DNA from: Christensenellales bacterium
GTDB taxonomy: Bacteria; Bacillota; Clostridia; Christensenellales; CAG-138
Direction of reading: 5' to 3'
DNA length: 52,245 nt
Assembly (NCBI GenBank): GCA_045224495.1
Contig: JBGVAK010000086.1
Span: forward strand, 1-52,245
Position 1 is the first letter of the stretch; every line of letters begins with the position of its first letter. The notes under the pieces were generated by a model. The model saw only the letters and a program-made list of their open reading frames with translations, made no database searches and was not told the DNA's origin. Shown here one piece after another: positions 24,861 to 32,802 of this stretch. Position numbers and translations under genes: made by a program.

Positions 24861-26201
24861 TTATTCGTTCCAATCTTCCAACGCCTCGATCACGTTCGTG
24901 GCTCGAAGCATACGTTCCTTCAACAGGTCGAAAGCTCTGTCCGCCGACGTCCCCAGCAAATAGCTCCCCAAGCGCGCCGCGTCGAAGGGGACGACGCCCT
25001 GAGCTAACAGCCCCGTGACGATGCCCGTCAGCACGTCGCCGCTGCCGCCCTTGCCGAGGCCGGCGTTCCCCTCCGCTATGAGGTGAGTCCGCGTCCCATC
25101 GGAGACCACCGTGGCTGCCCCTTTCAGAAGCACCGTGCAGCCCCAGCGTTCGGCATGTTTCCGAGCAATAGCTATGGGGTCATCCAGCACCTGCCGGACC
25201 GGCAGACCTGCAAGCCGGCTCATTTCCCCCGGATGGGGCGTCAGGACGACCCGATCATGGAGCAATGGGTAGAGTTCCGGATGACGGGACAGGCAGTTCA
25301 GGCTGTCTGCATCCAGGACCAGAGGCAGCTTCGTCAACAGGGACGCCTTGATCAGGGGCGAAACGTCTCCATGGCCTACGCCGCAGCCCAAGCCCAGGGC
25401 CTGCATACCCTCCATGGCCCGGATGGCCACAGCGCAGCTATCCGCATCCCAATCCACGCCTACGGGCACGCCGATGGCCTCCGGCAGCCGTCCAAGGGCT
25501 GTGCGGACCACGTCGGGACAGGCTACGAACAGGATGCCGCAGCCCGCAGCAAGGCACGCCCGGGCGCTGAGCAATGCGGCGCCCACGTATTTGGGGGAAC
25601 CCACGCACAGCAGGGCCTTGCCGGAATCTCCCTTGTGGGCGGTCCGCTTCCGGGGCGGCAGCAGGCGTTTTGCGTCCTCCGACTCGAAGCGATACACGCC
25701 ATCCCCCGTGTCTGCCTCTCCGCCTATGGGTCGTATCTCTCCGCAATGGTCCAAACCCTCTTGGAGGAACAGGCCCGATAGGTACGCAAAGGGCGCCACG
25801 GTGATCTTGGCCTGCACGGCCATCTTTTTAGCCCTGCCCGTATCGGGGTCCACCCCTGCCGGGATGCCCACGCTCAGGATGGGTCCGCAATGGCTGTTCA
25901 TCGCTCCAAACCAGGGCTCGTCAGACGTAGAGAAAAGCAGCAGATCGCAGATCAGCGAGCGATCCAATGCAGGCAGTTCGTCCCGGCCTGCTATGGCGAG
26001 GGGAGCCTCCAGCGCCTTGGCTGTCAGCTCTGCTATCCCCTGCAGCGACTTGCCGCACAGGACCACAGCTCGCTGCAGGTCATGCTCCGCCATGATCTCT
26101 CTGGCTGCACTGACGGTAGCCGTTGCGGCCTGCCGCACCTCGTCGACGGTAAGGTGCTGCAGGAGACTTTCATATTCCGCTGCCGAGAGGATAGGCCTCA
26201 T
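24861..26201 (-). CDS. nnr: NAD(P)H-hydrate repair protein Nnr (the dehydratase domain is intact; the epimerase domain looks degenerate)
   Basis: C-terminal HKGDSG and GKGGSGDVLTG motifs. The N-terminal domain reads LCGKSLQGIA where the GNNGGDG-type loop is expected. Confidence 0.8.
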   Translation of the reverse strand: MRPILSAAEYESLLQHLTVDEVRQAATATVSAAREIMAEHDLQRAVVLCGKSLQGIAELTAKALEAPLAIAGRDELPALDRSLICDLLLFSTSDEPWFGAMNSHCGPILSVGIPAGVDPDTGRAKKMAVQAKITVAPFAYLSGLFLQEGLDHCGEIRPIGGEADTGDGVYRFESEDAKRLLPPRKRTAHKGDSGKALLCVGSPKYVGAALLSARACLAAGCGILFVACPDVVRTALGRLPEAIGVPVGVDWDADSCAVAIRAMEGMQALGLGCGVGHGDVSPLIKASLLTKLPLVLDADSLNCLSRHPELYPLLHDRVVLTPHPGEMSRLAGLPVRQVLDDPIAIARKHAERWGCTVLLKGAATVVSDGTRTHLIAEGNAGLGKGGSGDVLTGIVTGLLAQGVVPFDAARLGSYLLGTSADRAFDLLKERMLRATNVIEALEDWNE

Positions 26202-26689
26202 TCCTCCGCCTCCGCCACCTGACGGATGGCTGCCAGGCTGGCCTCCGTGGAGAACCCGCGGCTCATGAGCCGCCGCAGCACCCGCTCCCGGCGCACGCTT
26301 TCCTCCAGGCCGCTCATCTGACGCCAGAATTTCTCCGCCACCTCCCGGGCGTTGTCCGCCTCCGTCTCTGTGGGCAGCTCCTCCAGTGCCGCCCGGATCA
26401 GCTCCTCGGGCACCTTGTGGGTCTTCAGATCCATATACAGCTTCTGCCGGCTCACCGGCTTGCTGGCCAGGCGCGTGCGGACGAACTCGCGGGCGTACTC
26501 TGCATCGTTCAGGAGGTTCAGTTCCTGAAGACGGTTCACGGTGGTAAGGATATCCCCTTCCCCGTACTGCAGGTCATCGAGGCGCTCCTCCACCTCCCGC
26601 ACGGTGCGCATACGAGCCGTGAGGTAGGAAAGAGCGGCGTCCATGGGGCTCATGTCAGCGGGTTTTGATCGAATGATATTCCGTTTCAT
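26198..26689 (-). CDS. recX: Recombination regulator RecX
   Basis: AALSYLTARMRTVREVEERL and the three-repeat helical pattern. ATGA overlap with nnr. Confidence 0.8.
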   Translation of the reverse strand: MKRNIIRSKPADMSPMDAALSYLTARMRTVREVEERLDDLQYGEGDILTTVNRLQELNLLNDAEYAREFVRTRLASKPVSRQKLYMDLKTHKVPEELIRAALEELPTETEADNAREVAEKFWRQMSGLEESVRRERVLRRLMSRGFSTEASLAAIRQVAEAEE

Positions 26690-26695
26690 AGCAAC

Positions 26696-26704
26696 AGCAT
26701 ACCA
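26696..26704 (-). promoter_or_regulatory. Extended -10 element placed for a leaderless recX mRNA
   Basis: Minus strand reads TGgTATGCT, gttgct, ATG(26689). No SD, and the -35 is poor. Confidence 0.35.
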
Positions 26705-26829
26705 TATATCCAGCGGATTGGATAGTCAAACGTCACAAATTTGTAACTTTGTTGTAAAGCATGGGCAAAAGGTATGGCAATCCCTCCGAAAACCGGTACA
26801 ATGTAAACGATATGATAAGGAGGCTTTCT

Positions 26830-28536
26830 ATGGGCAAATCGAAGGGAAAGCAGAAATATTGGCTCCTGGGCGCCTGCGCAGGCGTTCTTGTTTTGGCTGG
26901 CGGCCTTTGCGCCATCCTGTTGAGCGGCGGTGAGGAAGCACAGATGACCCAGGCCATACCGGTGAGCACATTTACGCCCACGCCCGCTGCCACCGCAACC
27001 GCCATACCGGAGACCAACATCGTGGTGACCACTCCTGAGGTAGACCTGATCGCGGAACAGCACCGCCAGGAGATGGAAGCCGTCATCATCCGCAACGTCA
27101 TGCTGCCTGGCACCACCATCTACGGCGTGGACGTGAGCGGCATGTCCCGAGAAGAGGCAAAGGCTGCCGTAGAGGAACGTCTGATCCGGGAGCCTCTCGT
27201 GATCAACCTGCAGTTTTCTGACGGAACGAACCTTTATCCCGCCTCCGGTGAGGGCATCCAGGCCTTGACCGCTGTGGCTACAGCCGATCCCCTGGAGGAA
27301 GAGGATGACGACGCTGTGGACCCGGCCATGAAAGCTGCCGAAACGGCCAACGAGCCGGAGGACGAGCCTTCCAACGCCGAGCCTGTGGACGCTGAACCCA
27401 TCGGCATCCGGCTGAAGGTCGATGTGGATTATGCTGTGACCGCAGCTTTCTCCCTCATGAGAGACCCCAACGTGCCTTACGAGACCTTCATGCAGCAAGT
27501 ACAGCAGATCGCCGGGGGACAGGAGATCGCCCCTGCACCGGGGTATGATATGAACTCGGTGGACCGGTTCATCGAATATCTCGCCACGTTCCTGGATACG
27601 CCGGCCGTAAACTCCACCATCACCATGGTGGACAACCAGATCGTTTATACCGACGAGGCGCCGGGTCGGGGCATCGACCGGGAAGCTCTTGTCACGACCC
27701 TGTTAGATACTGACCCCCTTTCCGGCAAGACCATCCCCCTCCCCATCCATGACCTGGAGCCTTCCATCACCCGAGAGATGCTGCAGAGCAAATTCGTCCT
27801 CCGGGGCTCCTATACGACCAGCTTCTCCGACAGCACCAAGAACCGCAAGTACAACATACGCTTCGGTGCCGAGAAGATCAACGGAACGATTTTAAAGCCC
27901 GGCGACGTGTTCTCCGCCAACGAGACGTTAGGCACCCGGACCCGCAAGAACGGCTGGAAGAACGCGGGCGCCTACGAAAGCGGCGAAGTGGTCCAACAGG
28001 CCGGAGGCGGCGTTTGCCAGCTGTCCTCCACCCTCTACAACGCCGCCTTGTACGCCGATATGGAAATCGTAGAGCGGCGCAACCACAGCATGCCCGTCCA
28101 CTATGTGGACCGGGGCCGGGATGCCACCATCAACTCCATCGGCAACATCATCGACTTCAAGTTCAGGAACAATACCTCCAGCGACGTGATCATCATGGCC
28201 TATACCACGGGGAACACCCTGCATATGGAGATCTACGGGGTCCCCTTCGAGACCGACGAATATGACCGCATCGAGATCCGGACCAAGCAGCGGGGCAGCC
28301 AGTCCATTAAAACGGTGTATGAATACCTGGACGACAAGCCGGCGTCCTACCAGAAAACCATATCCAAGGGCAGCAAGGGTTATACCGTTCAGACCTACAA
28401 GGATTACTATAGCGGCGCGACCCTGGTGAAGACGGACGACCTGGGCATATCCAAATACAATATGTATCCCAAAAAGGTCCAGGTGGGCACCATCGAGGAA
28501 AGTTCCGACGACGACGATTCCGGCGCTGTAGGCTGA
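26830..28536 (+). CDS. VanW-family protein, membrane-anchored
   Basis: Start at MGKSKGKQKYW after AAGGAGG. TM helix, PT-rich linker, and the GGGVCQLSSTLYNAA VanW core. Confidence 0.8.
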   Translation: MGKSKGKQKYWLLGACAGVLVLAGGLCAILLSGGEEAQMTQAIPVSTFTPTPAATATAIPETNIVVTTPEVDLIAEQHRQEMEAVIIRNVMLPGTTIYGVDVSGMSREEAKAAVEERLIREPLVINLQFSDGTNLYPASGEGIQALTAVATADPLEEEDDDAVDPAMKAAETANEPEDEPSNAEPVDAEPIGIRLKVDVDYAVTAAFSLMRDPNVPYETFMQQVQQIAGGQEIAPAPGYDMNSVDRFIEYLATFLDTPAVNSTITMVDNQIVYTDEAPGRGIDREALVTTLLDTDPLSGKTIPLPIHDLEPSITREMLQSKFVLRGSYTTSFSDSTKNRKYNIRFGAEKINGTILKPGDVFSANETLGTRTRKNGWKNAGAYESGEVVQQAGGGVCQLSSTLYNAALYADMEIVERRNHSMPVHYVDRGRDATINSIGNIIDFKFRNNTSSDVIIMAYTTGNTLHMEIYGVPFETDEYDRIEIRTKQRGSQSIKTVYEYLDDKPASYQKTISKGSKGYTVQTYKDYYSGATLVKTDDLGISKYNMYPKKVQVGTIEESSDDDDSGAVG

Positions 28537-28558
28537 TACAACGTCATTCACACTTTGC

Positions 28559-28587
28559 CCCTCTCCTCTTGGGAGAGGGTTTTTTTG
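28559..28587 (+). terminator. Intrinsic terminator after the VanW gene
   Basis: CCCTCTCC-tcttg-GGAGAGGG followed by TTTTTTTG. Confidence 0.85.
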
Positions 28588-28650
28588 TCAGTTTTGTCCG
28601 CCGCTTTGTGAAAAACCTGCAAACCCGTGGCAAAAACCAGCGGTTTTTGA

Positions 28651-28680
28651 TTGACATTCCCTGCCCACAAAGCGTATGCT
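28651..28680 (+). promoter_or_regulatory. Sigma-A-type promoter of the 112-aa ORF / clpE-like operon
   Basis: TTGACA, N18, TATGCT. The palindrome AAAAACC-agc-GGTTTTT (28632-28648) abuts the -35. Confidence 0.5.
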
Positions 28681-28733
28681 AAGCAAGTAGATTTATATCT
28701 CATCCAGACTGCGGAAAGGAGGTCGCGTGAACA

Positions 28734-29072
28734 ATGGATATCGAGCAATTGGACAACGCTCTGAAGGCCACCTGGCAATCCGTGGCGCAGAACATGAATA
28801 TGGTGCGCCTGCTGCTGCTCCTCAAGGGTGCCGGCGAGCACACCCACGCCCTCCTCTCCCGCTCCGAAGCCATGATGCAGGAGCTGATGCAGGTGAAGGG
28901 ACTGACCGCGGACACCTATGCCCTGGGCTATCTTCGGCCAGGCAACGACATGACCGTATGCCGGGTGGAGGTGAAGCCGGAGGCCATGCCAGAGGTGCTC
29001 ATGCGACTCACGGCCATCAACGGCGTCCTGCTCTCCCTCATCGTCAGCCAGCTGACGGCGGAGACCAACTAA
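28734..29072 (+). CDS. Hypothetical 112-aa protein
   Basis: GC3-rich codon usage, SD AAGGAGG 11 nt upstream, and it ends 28 nt before the AAA+ gene. I recognise no family. Confidence 0.5.
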   Translation: MDIEQLDNALKATWQSVAQNMNMVRLLLLLKGAGEHTHALLSRSEAMMQELMQVKGLTADTYALGYLRPGNDMTVCRVEVKPEAMPEVLMRLTAINGVLLSLIVSQLTAETN

Positions 29073-29100
29073 CACAATATAACGACCTTGGAGGTGCCAA

Positions 29101-31401
29101 ATGGCGGCGCTTTGTGTGCGATGCAAAAAAAATCAAGCCGTCCTCTTCGTGTCCCGCATGGAGAACGGGGAGATGAAGAGCGAAGGCTATTGTTTGAAGT
29201 GCGCCAAGGAGCTGGGCATGAAGCCCATCGACGACGTGCTCAACAACCTGGGCCTGAAGGAAGAGGACCTGGACGCTATCTGTGAACAGGCTAACGAGAT
29301 CTTGGGCGGCGAGCTCATGAACGTAGACCAAAATAACGACAACATCGGAGAGACCGGCACGGACAACATCCTGCGCCGGCTTTACGGGAACCTGTTCCCC
29401 CACGCCCTGCAAAAGAACGAAGCCCCTACCCACGAGCAGTCCGGCCCCACTGGGCCCAACCAGCAACGGCAAAGCGGCAGAGCGCCGGAGAAAAAGTATC
29501 TGAATGCCTTTTGCATCGACCTCACGGCCAAAGCCAAGGCCGGCCAGCTGGACGGTCTCATCGGCCGGGAGACGGAGCTAAAGCGGACCATGCAGATCCT
29601 GAACCGGCGTCTGAAGAACAACCCCTGCCTCATCGGCGAACCGGGTGTGGGCAAGACCGCCATCGTGGAGGGATTGGCCCAGCAGATCGCTCGGGGAAAC
29701 GCCCCCTATAAGCTCCTCGACAAGGAGATCTGGCAGCTCGACATGACGGCCCTGGTGGCCGGGACCCAGTACCGGGGCCAGATGGAGGGGCGCATGAAGG
29801 GGCTTCTGGACGAGATCAAATCCCTGGGCAACATCATCCTTTTCATCGACGAAGTCCACTCCATCGTGGGCGCGGGCGACGCCGAAGGCGGCATGAACGC
29901 GGCCAACATTCTGAAACCCGCCCTGAGCCGAGGCGACATACAGGTCATCGGCGCCACCACCTTCACGGAGTATCGCAAGCACATCGAGAAGGACTCCGCC
30001 CTGGAGCGCAGGTTCCAGCCCGTGACTGTGGAGGAACCCTCCATCGAGGATTCCATCGCCATCGCCACAGGCGTAGCCCACTACTACGAGGCGTACCACT
30101 CTGTGGTCATCCCCAAGGCCATGGCACGGCAGGCCGTGCTGCTCTCCGAGCGGTACATCACGGACCGGTATCTTCCCGACAAGGCCATCGACCTTTTGGA
30201 CGAAGCCGCCGCGGACCTGAACCTGAACAGCCCCGTCTGTCGGGAGATGGAAAGCCTGAACGGGCAGTTAAACGCCCTGAAGGCCGAGGCGTCCCAGCTT
30301 CTTTTGGGCGATCTGTCCCCGGAGACCGAGGAACGGCTGGCCGCTGTGAAGGAGAGCACGGATACCCTGGAAGCCAAACGCAGGGACCTGATCGACCAGG
30401 GCCTGCCGGAGCTGACCGTGGACAACCTGGCCCGGATCATTGAGCTGTGGACCAAGATCCCCGCCGGGAAGATCAAGGAGCAGGAGTTCAGCCGTCTCCT
30501 CAATCTATCCGACCGATTGAAGGCTCGTATTGTGGGCCAGGATACGGCAGTGGACGCGGTATGCGCCGCCATCCGACGCCGCAGAGCGGGCATCTCCGAC
30601 TCCCGCCGTCCCATTTCCTTCCTGTTCACCGGTCCCACCGGCGTGGGCAAGACGGAACTTGTAAAGCAGCTCTCTCAAGAGTTGTTCGACGGGCCGGAAG
30701 CCCTGGTGCGGCTAGACATGAGCGAGTTCATGGAGAAACATGCCGTGTCCCGGATCATCGGGTCTCCCCCGGGGTACGTGGGCTATGACGAGGCCGGTCA
30801 GCTAACAGAGACCGTGCGCCGCCGCCCCTACTGCGTGATCCTCTTCGATGAGATCGAGAAAGCCCACCCGGACGTGATGAATATCCTGCTGCAGATATTG
30901 GACGACGGACACATCACCGACGCCCATGGGCGGAAGGTGAATTTTGCCAACACCGTCCTCATCATGACCAGCAACGCCGGTTCCGACGAGAAGGGCGCGG
31001 GGTCCATGGGCTTCGACCGTTCCAGCAACGAACAGGCCAAGGATAAGGCCATGAAGGCTCTGAAGGCCTTCCTGCGGCCCGAGTTTTTGAACCGGTTGGA
31101 CGACGTGATCTGCTTCGAGCATCTCAGCGAGGAGAGCATGGCCAAGATCGCACATATCCTCCTGAAAGAGCTGAAGGCGTCCATGGCAGAAAAGGGCCTC
31201 CTGCTCACCTGGTCCGACGCCGCGGCCCAACAGCTGGCGAAGATGTCTTACTCCGAGACATATGGGGCTCGAAACCTGCGCCGCTGCATCGAAAACGAGG
31301 TGGAGGATAAGATCGTAGACCTGATCATGGCTCAGCAGGGCGCCGTGACCCGCATCAGCGTGGGCTGCCGGAACGGCAAACTGACGGTCCAGGGGAAATA
31401 A
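29101..31401 (+). CDS. ClpE-like class-I AAA+ Clp ATPase with an N-terminal zinc ribbon
   Basis: Cx2Cx22Cx2C at the N-terminus. Walker A GEPGVGKT (D1) and GPTGVGKT (D2). A short coiled-coil and an MGF tripeptide, a candidate ClpP-docking loop. Confidence 0.85.
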   Translation: MAALCVRCKKNQAVLFVSRMENGEMKSEGYCLKCAKELGMKPIDDVLNNLGLKEEDLDAICEQANEILGGELMNVDQNNDNIGETGTDNILRRLYGNLFPHALQKNEAPTHEQSGPTGPNQQRQSGRAPEKKYLNAFCIDLTAKAKAGQLDGLIGRETELKRTMQILNRRLKNNPCLIGEPGVGKTAIVEGLAQQIARGNAPYKLLDKEIWQLDMTALVAGTQYRGQMEGRMKGLLDEIKSLGNIILFIDEVHSIVGAGDAEGGMNAANILKPALSRGDIQVIGATTFTEYRKHIEKDSALERRFQPVTVEEPSIEDSIAIATGVAHYYEAYHSVVIPKAMARQAVLLSERYITDRYLPDKAIDLLDEAAADLNLNSPVCREMESLNGQLNALKAEASQLLLGDLSPETEERLAAVKESTDTLEAKRRDLIDQGLPELTVDNLARIIELWTKIPAGKIKEQEFSRLLNLSDRLKARIVGQDTAVDAVCAAIRRRRAGISDSRRPISFLFTGPTGVGKTELVKQLSQELFDGPEALVRLDMSEFMEKHAVSRIIGSPPGYVGYDEAGQLTETVRRRPYCVILFDEIEKAHPDVMNILLQILDDGHITDAHGRKVNFANTVLIMTSNAGSDEKGAGSMGFDRSSNEQAKDKAMKALKAFLRPEFLNRLDDVICFEHLSEESMAKIAHILLKELKASMAEKGLLLTWSDAAAQQLAKMSYSETYGARNLRRCIENEVEDKIVDLIMAQQGAVTRISVGCRNGKLTVQGK

Positions 31402-31413
31402 ACGACCAAATGA

Positions 31414-31448
31414 AAAGAGGAGCGATGTTGGATCGCTCCTCTTTATTG
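31414..31448. terminator. Bidirectional intrinsic terminator
   Basis: AAAGAGGAGCGAT-gttgg-ATCGCTCCTCTTT followed by ATTG. Confidence 0.8.
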
Positions 31449-31907
31449 TTATGCGTATCGTTCCAGATACCGCCGCAGGACCGGTCGTATGGGCGGACAG
31501 ATCATGGCAAGGTCTATTTCTGCCGGCGGAAAGAAACGCAGGTCCTCCATCTCGCCGTCCATGTTCTTCGGTTCGCCGGAATACTTGCAGCACAGATAGA
31601 CGATCTCGAAATTGGACACCTCGTCGCCGTTGGGGTAGACGTGATGGGCTTCGGGACCGGAATTGACGCAGAAGAACTCCAACTCCTCCGCCACCAGGCC
31701 CATTTCCTCCAGCAGCTCCCGCCGGGCGCAATCCTCCGCAGGCTCGTCGATCTCCGCGGCCCCGCCGGAGTACCCCCACATATGGTCGTCGGACCGCCTG
31801 CCCAAAAGCAGGCGGCCCTGTTCGTCGACGACGATGACGCTGGCAGCGCACTGGATGATAGTTCTGTGGCCCACCAGCTTCCGCATTTCGGCCATGTACC
31901 CGGTCAT
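31449..31907 (-). CDS. NUDIX hydrolase
   Basis: Nudix box GGAAEIDEPAEDCARRELLEEMG. The start is uncertain (31907 or 31895; no clear SD). Confidence 0.75.
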   Translation of the reverse strand: MTGYMAEMRKLVGHRTIIQCAASVIVVDEQGRLLLGRRSDDHMWGYSGGAAEIDEPAEDCARRELLEEMGLVAEELEFFCVNSGPEAHHVYPNGDEVSNFEIVYLCCKYSGEPKNMDGEMEDLRFFPPAEIDLAMICPPIRPVLRRYLERYA

Positions 31908-31908
31908 A

Positions 31909-32802
31909 TCACAGCAGCGCCTGAGCGAAATCCTGGCCGTCGAAGGGCTTGAGGTCATCGATGCCCTCCCCCACGCCGATGAAGCGCACAGGCACGTGGA
32001 GGGTGTTGCAGATGTTCACCACCACGCCGCCCTTGGCCGTACCGTCCAACTTGGTCAATATGACGCCGTCGAGGTCGCTGGCCTCCTGAAAGGCCAGGGC
32101 CTGAACCAAGGCGTTCTGGCCCGTGGTGGCATCCAATACCAGCAGTACCTGACAGGGCAAATCTGGCAGCTCCCGATCGATGACCTTGCGGATCTTGCTG
32201 AGCTCGTTCATCAAATTCTTCTTGTTGTGGAGCCGGCCCGCCGTGTCCACGATCAACAGGTCGCAGTTCTTGGCTTTGTAGGAGGCAATGGCGTCGTAGA
32301 CCACGGCCGCCGGGTCGGAGCCCTCCTGGTGGCGCACCATAGGCACACCGGCTCGTTCCGCCCAGATGCCCAGCTGCTCCGCCGCCGCGGCCCGGAAGGT
32401 GTCCGCCGCAGCCAGCATGGGTTTACGGCCCCGAGACTTGTACTCGTGGGCGATCTTGCCGATGGAGGTGGTCTTCCCCACCCCGTTGACGCCTACGATC
32501 AGAATGACGCCAGGCTGGCCGTCCAGAGGGAAGGGCCCTTCAGGAGCAACACGCTGAGCGATCAGGGAAACGAGGACCTCTCGGGCTTCGCCTCGGTTTT
32601 TCAGCTTCCTCTCCTTGATCTCCTGTCGGAGGGCTTCCACCAGACTGGTGGACGTTTCCACGCCCATATCCGCCAGGATCATGCTCTCCTCCAGATCGTC
32701 GAAGAATTCGTCACTGATACGGTCTTCACCGAAGATGGTGTCGAACCAGCTGTTACGCGTCTTCTTCAGGCCGTCCTTCAGCTTTGAAAAGAAACTTGCC
32801 AT
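31909..32802 (-). CDS. ftsY: Signal recognition particle receptor FtsY
   Basis: [14 protein letters not shown] and [10 protein letters not shown] motifs. Confidence 0.9.
   Translation of the reverse strand: MASFFSKLKDGLKKTRNSWFDTIFGEDRISDEFFDDLEESMILADMGVETSTSLVEALRQEIKERKLKNRGEAREVLVSLIAQRVAPEGPFPLDGQPGVILIVGVNGVGKTTSIGKIAHEYKSRGRKPMLAAADTFRAAAAEQLGIWAERAGVPMVRHQEGSDPAAVVYDAIASYKAKNCDLLIVDTAGRLHNKKNLMNELSKIRKVIDRELPDLPCQVLLVLDATTGQNALVQALAFQEASDLDGVILTKLDGTAKGGVVVNICNTLHVPVRFIGVGEGIDDLKPFDGQDFAQALL

Noticed and set aside
28590-28733. CtsR operator (GGTCAAA-NAN-GGTCAAA) upstream of the clpE-like operon.
   Set aside because: No copy of the heptad occurs in either orientation.
28727-29176. 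A 149-aa ORF from a GTG, in a different frame from the 112-aa ORF.
   Set aside because: It is Arg/Gly/His-rich, runs into the clpE-like gene, and lacks the GC3 periodicity shown by the 28734 frame.
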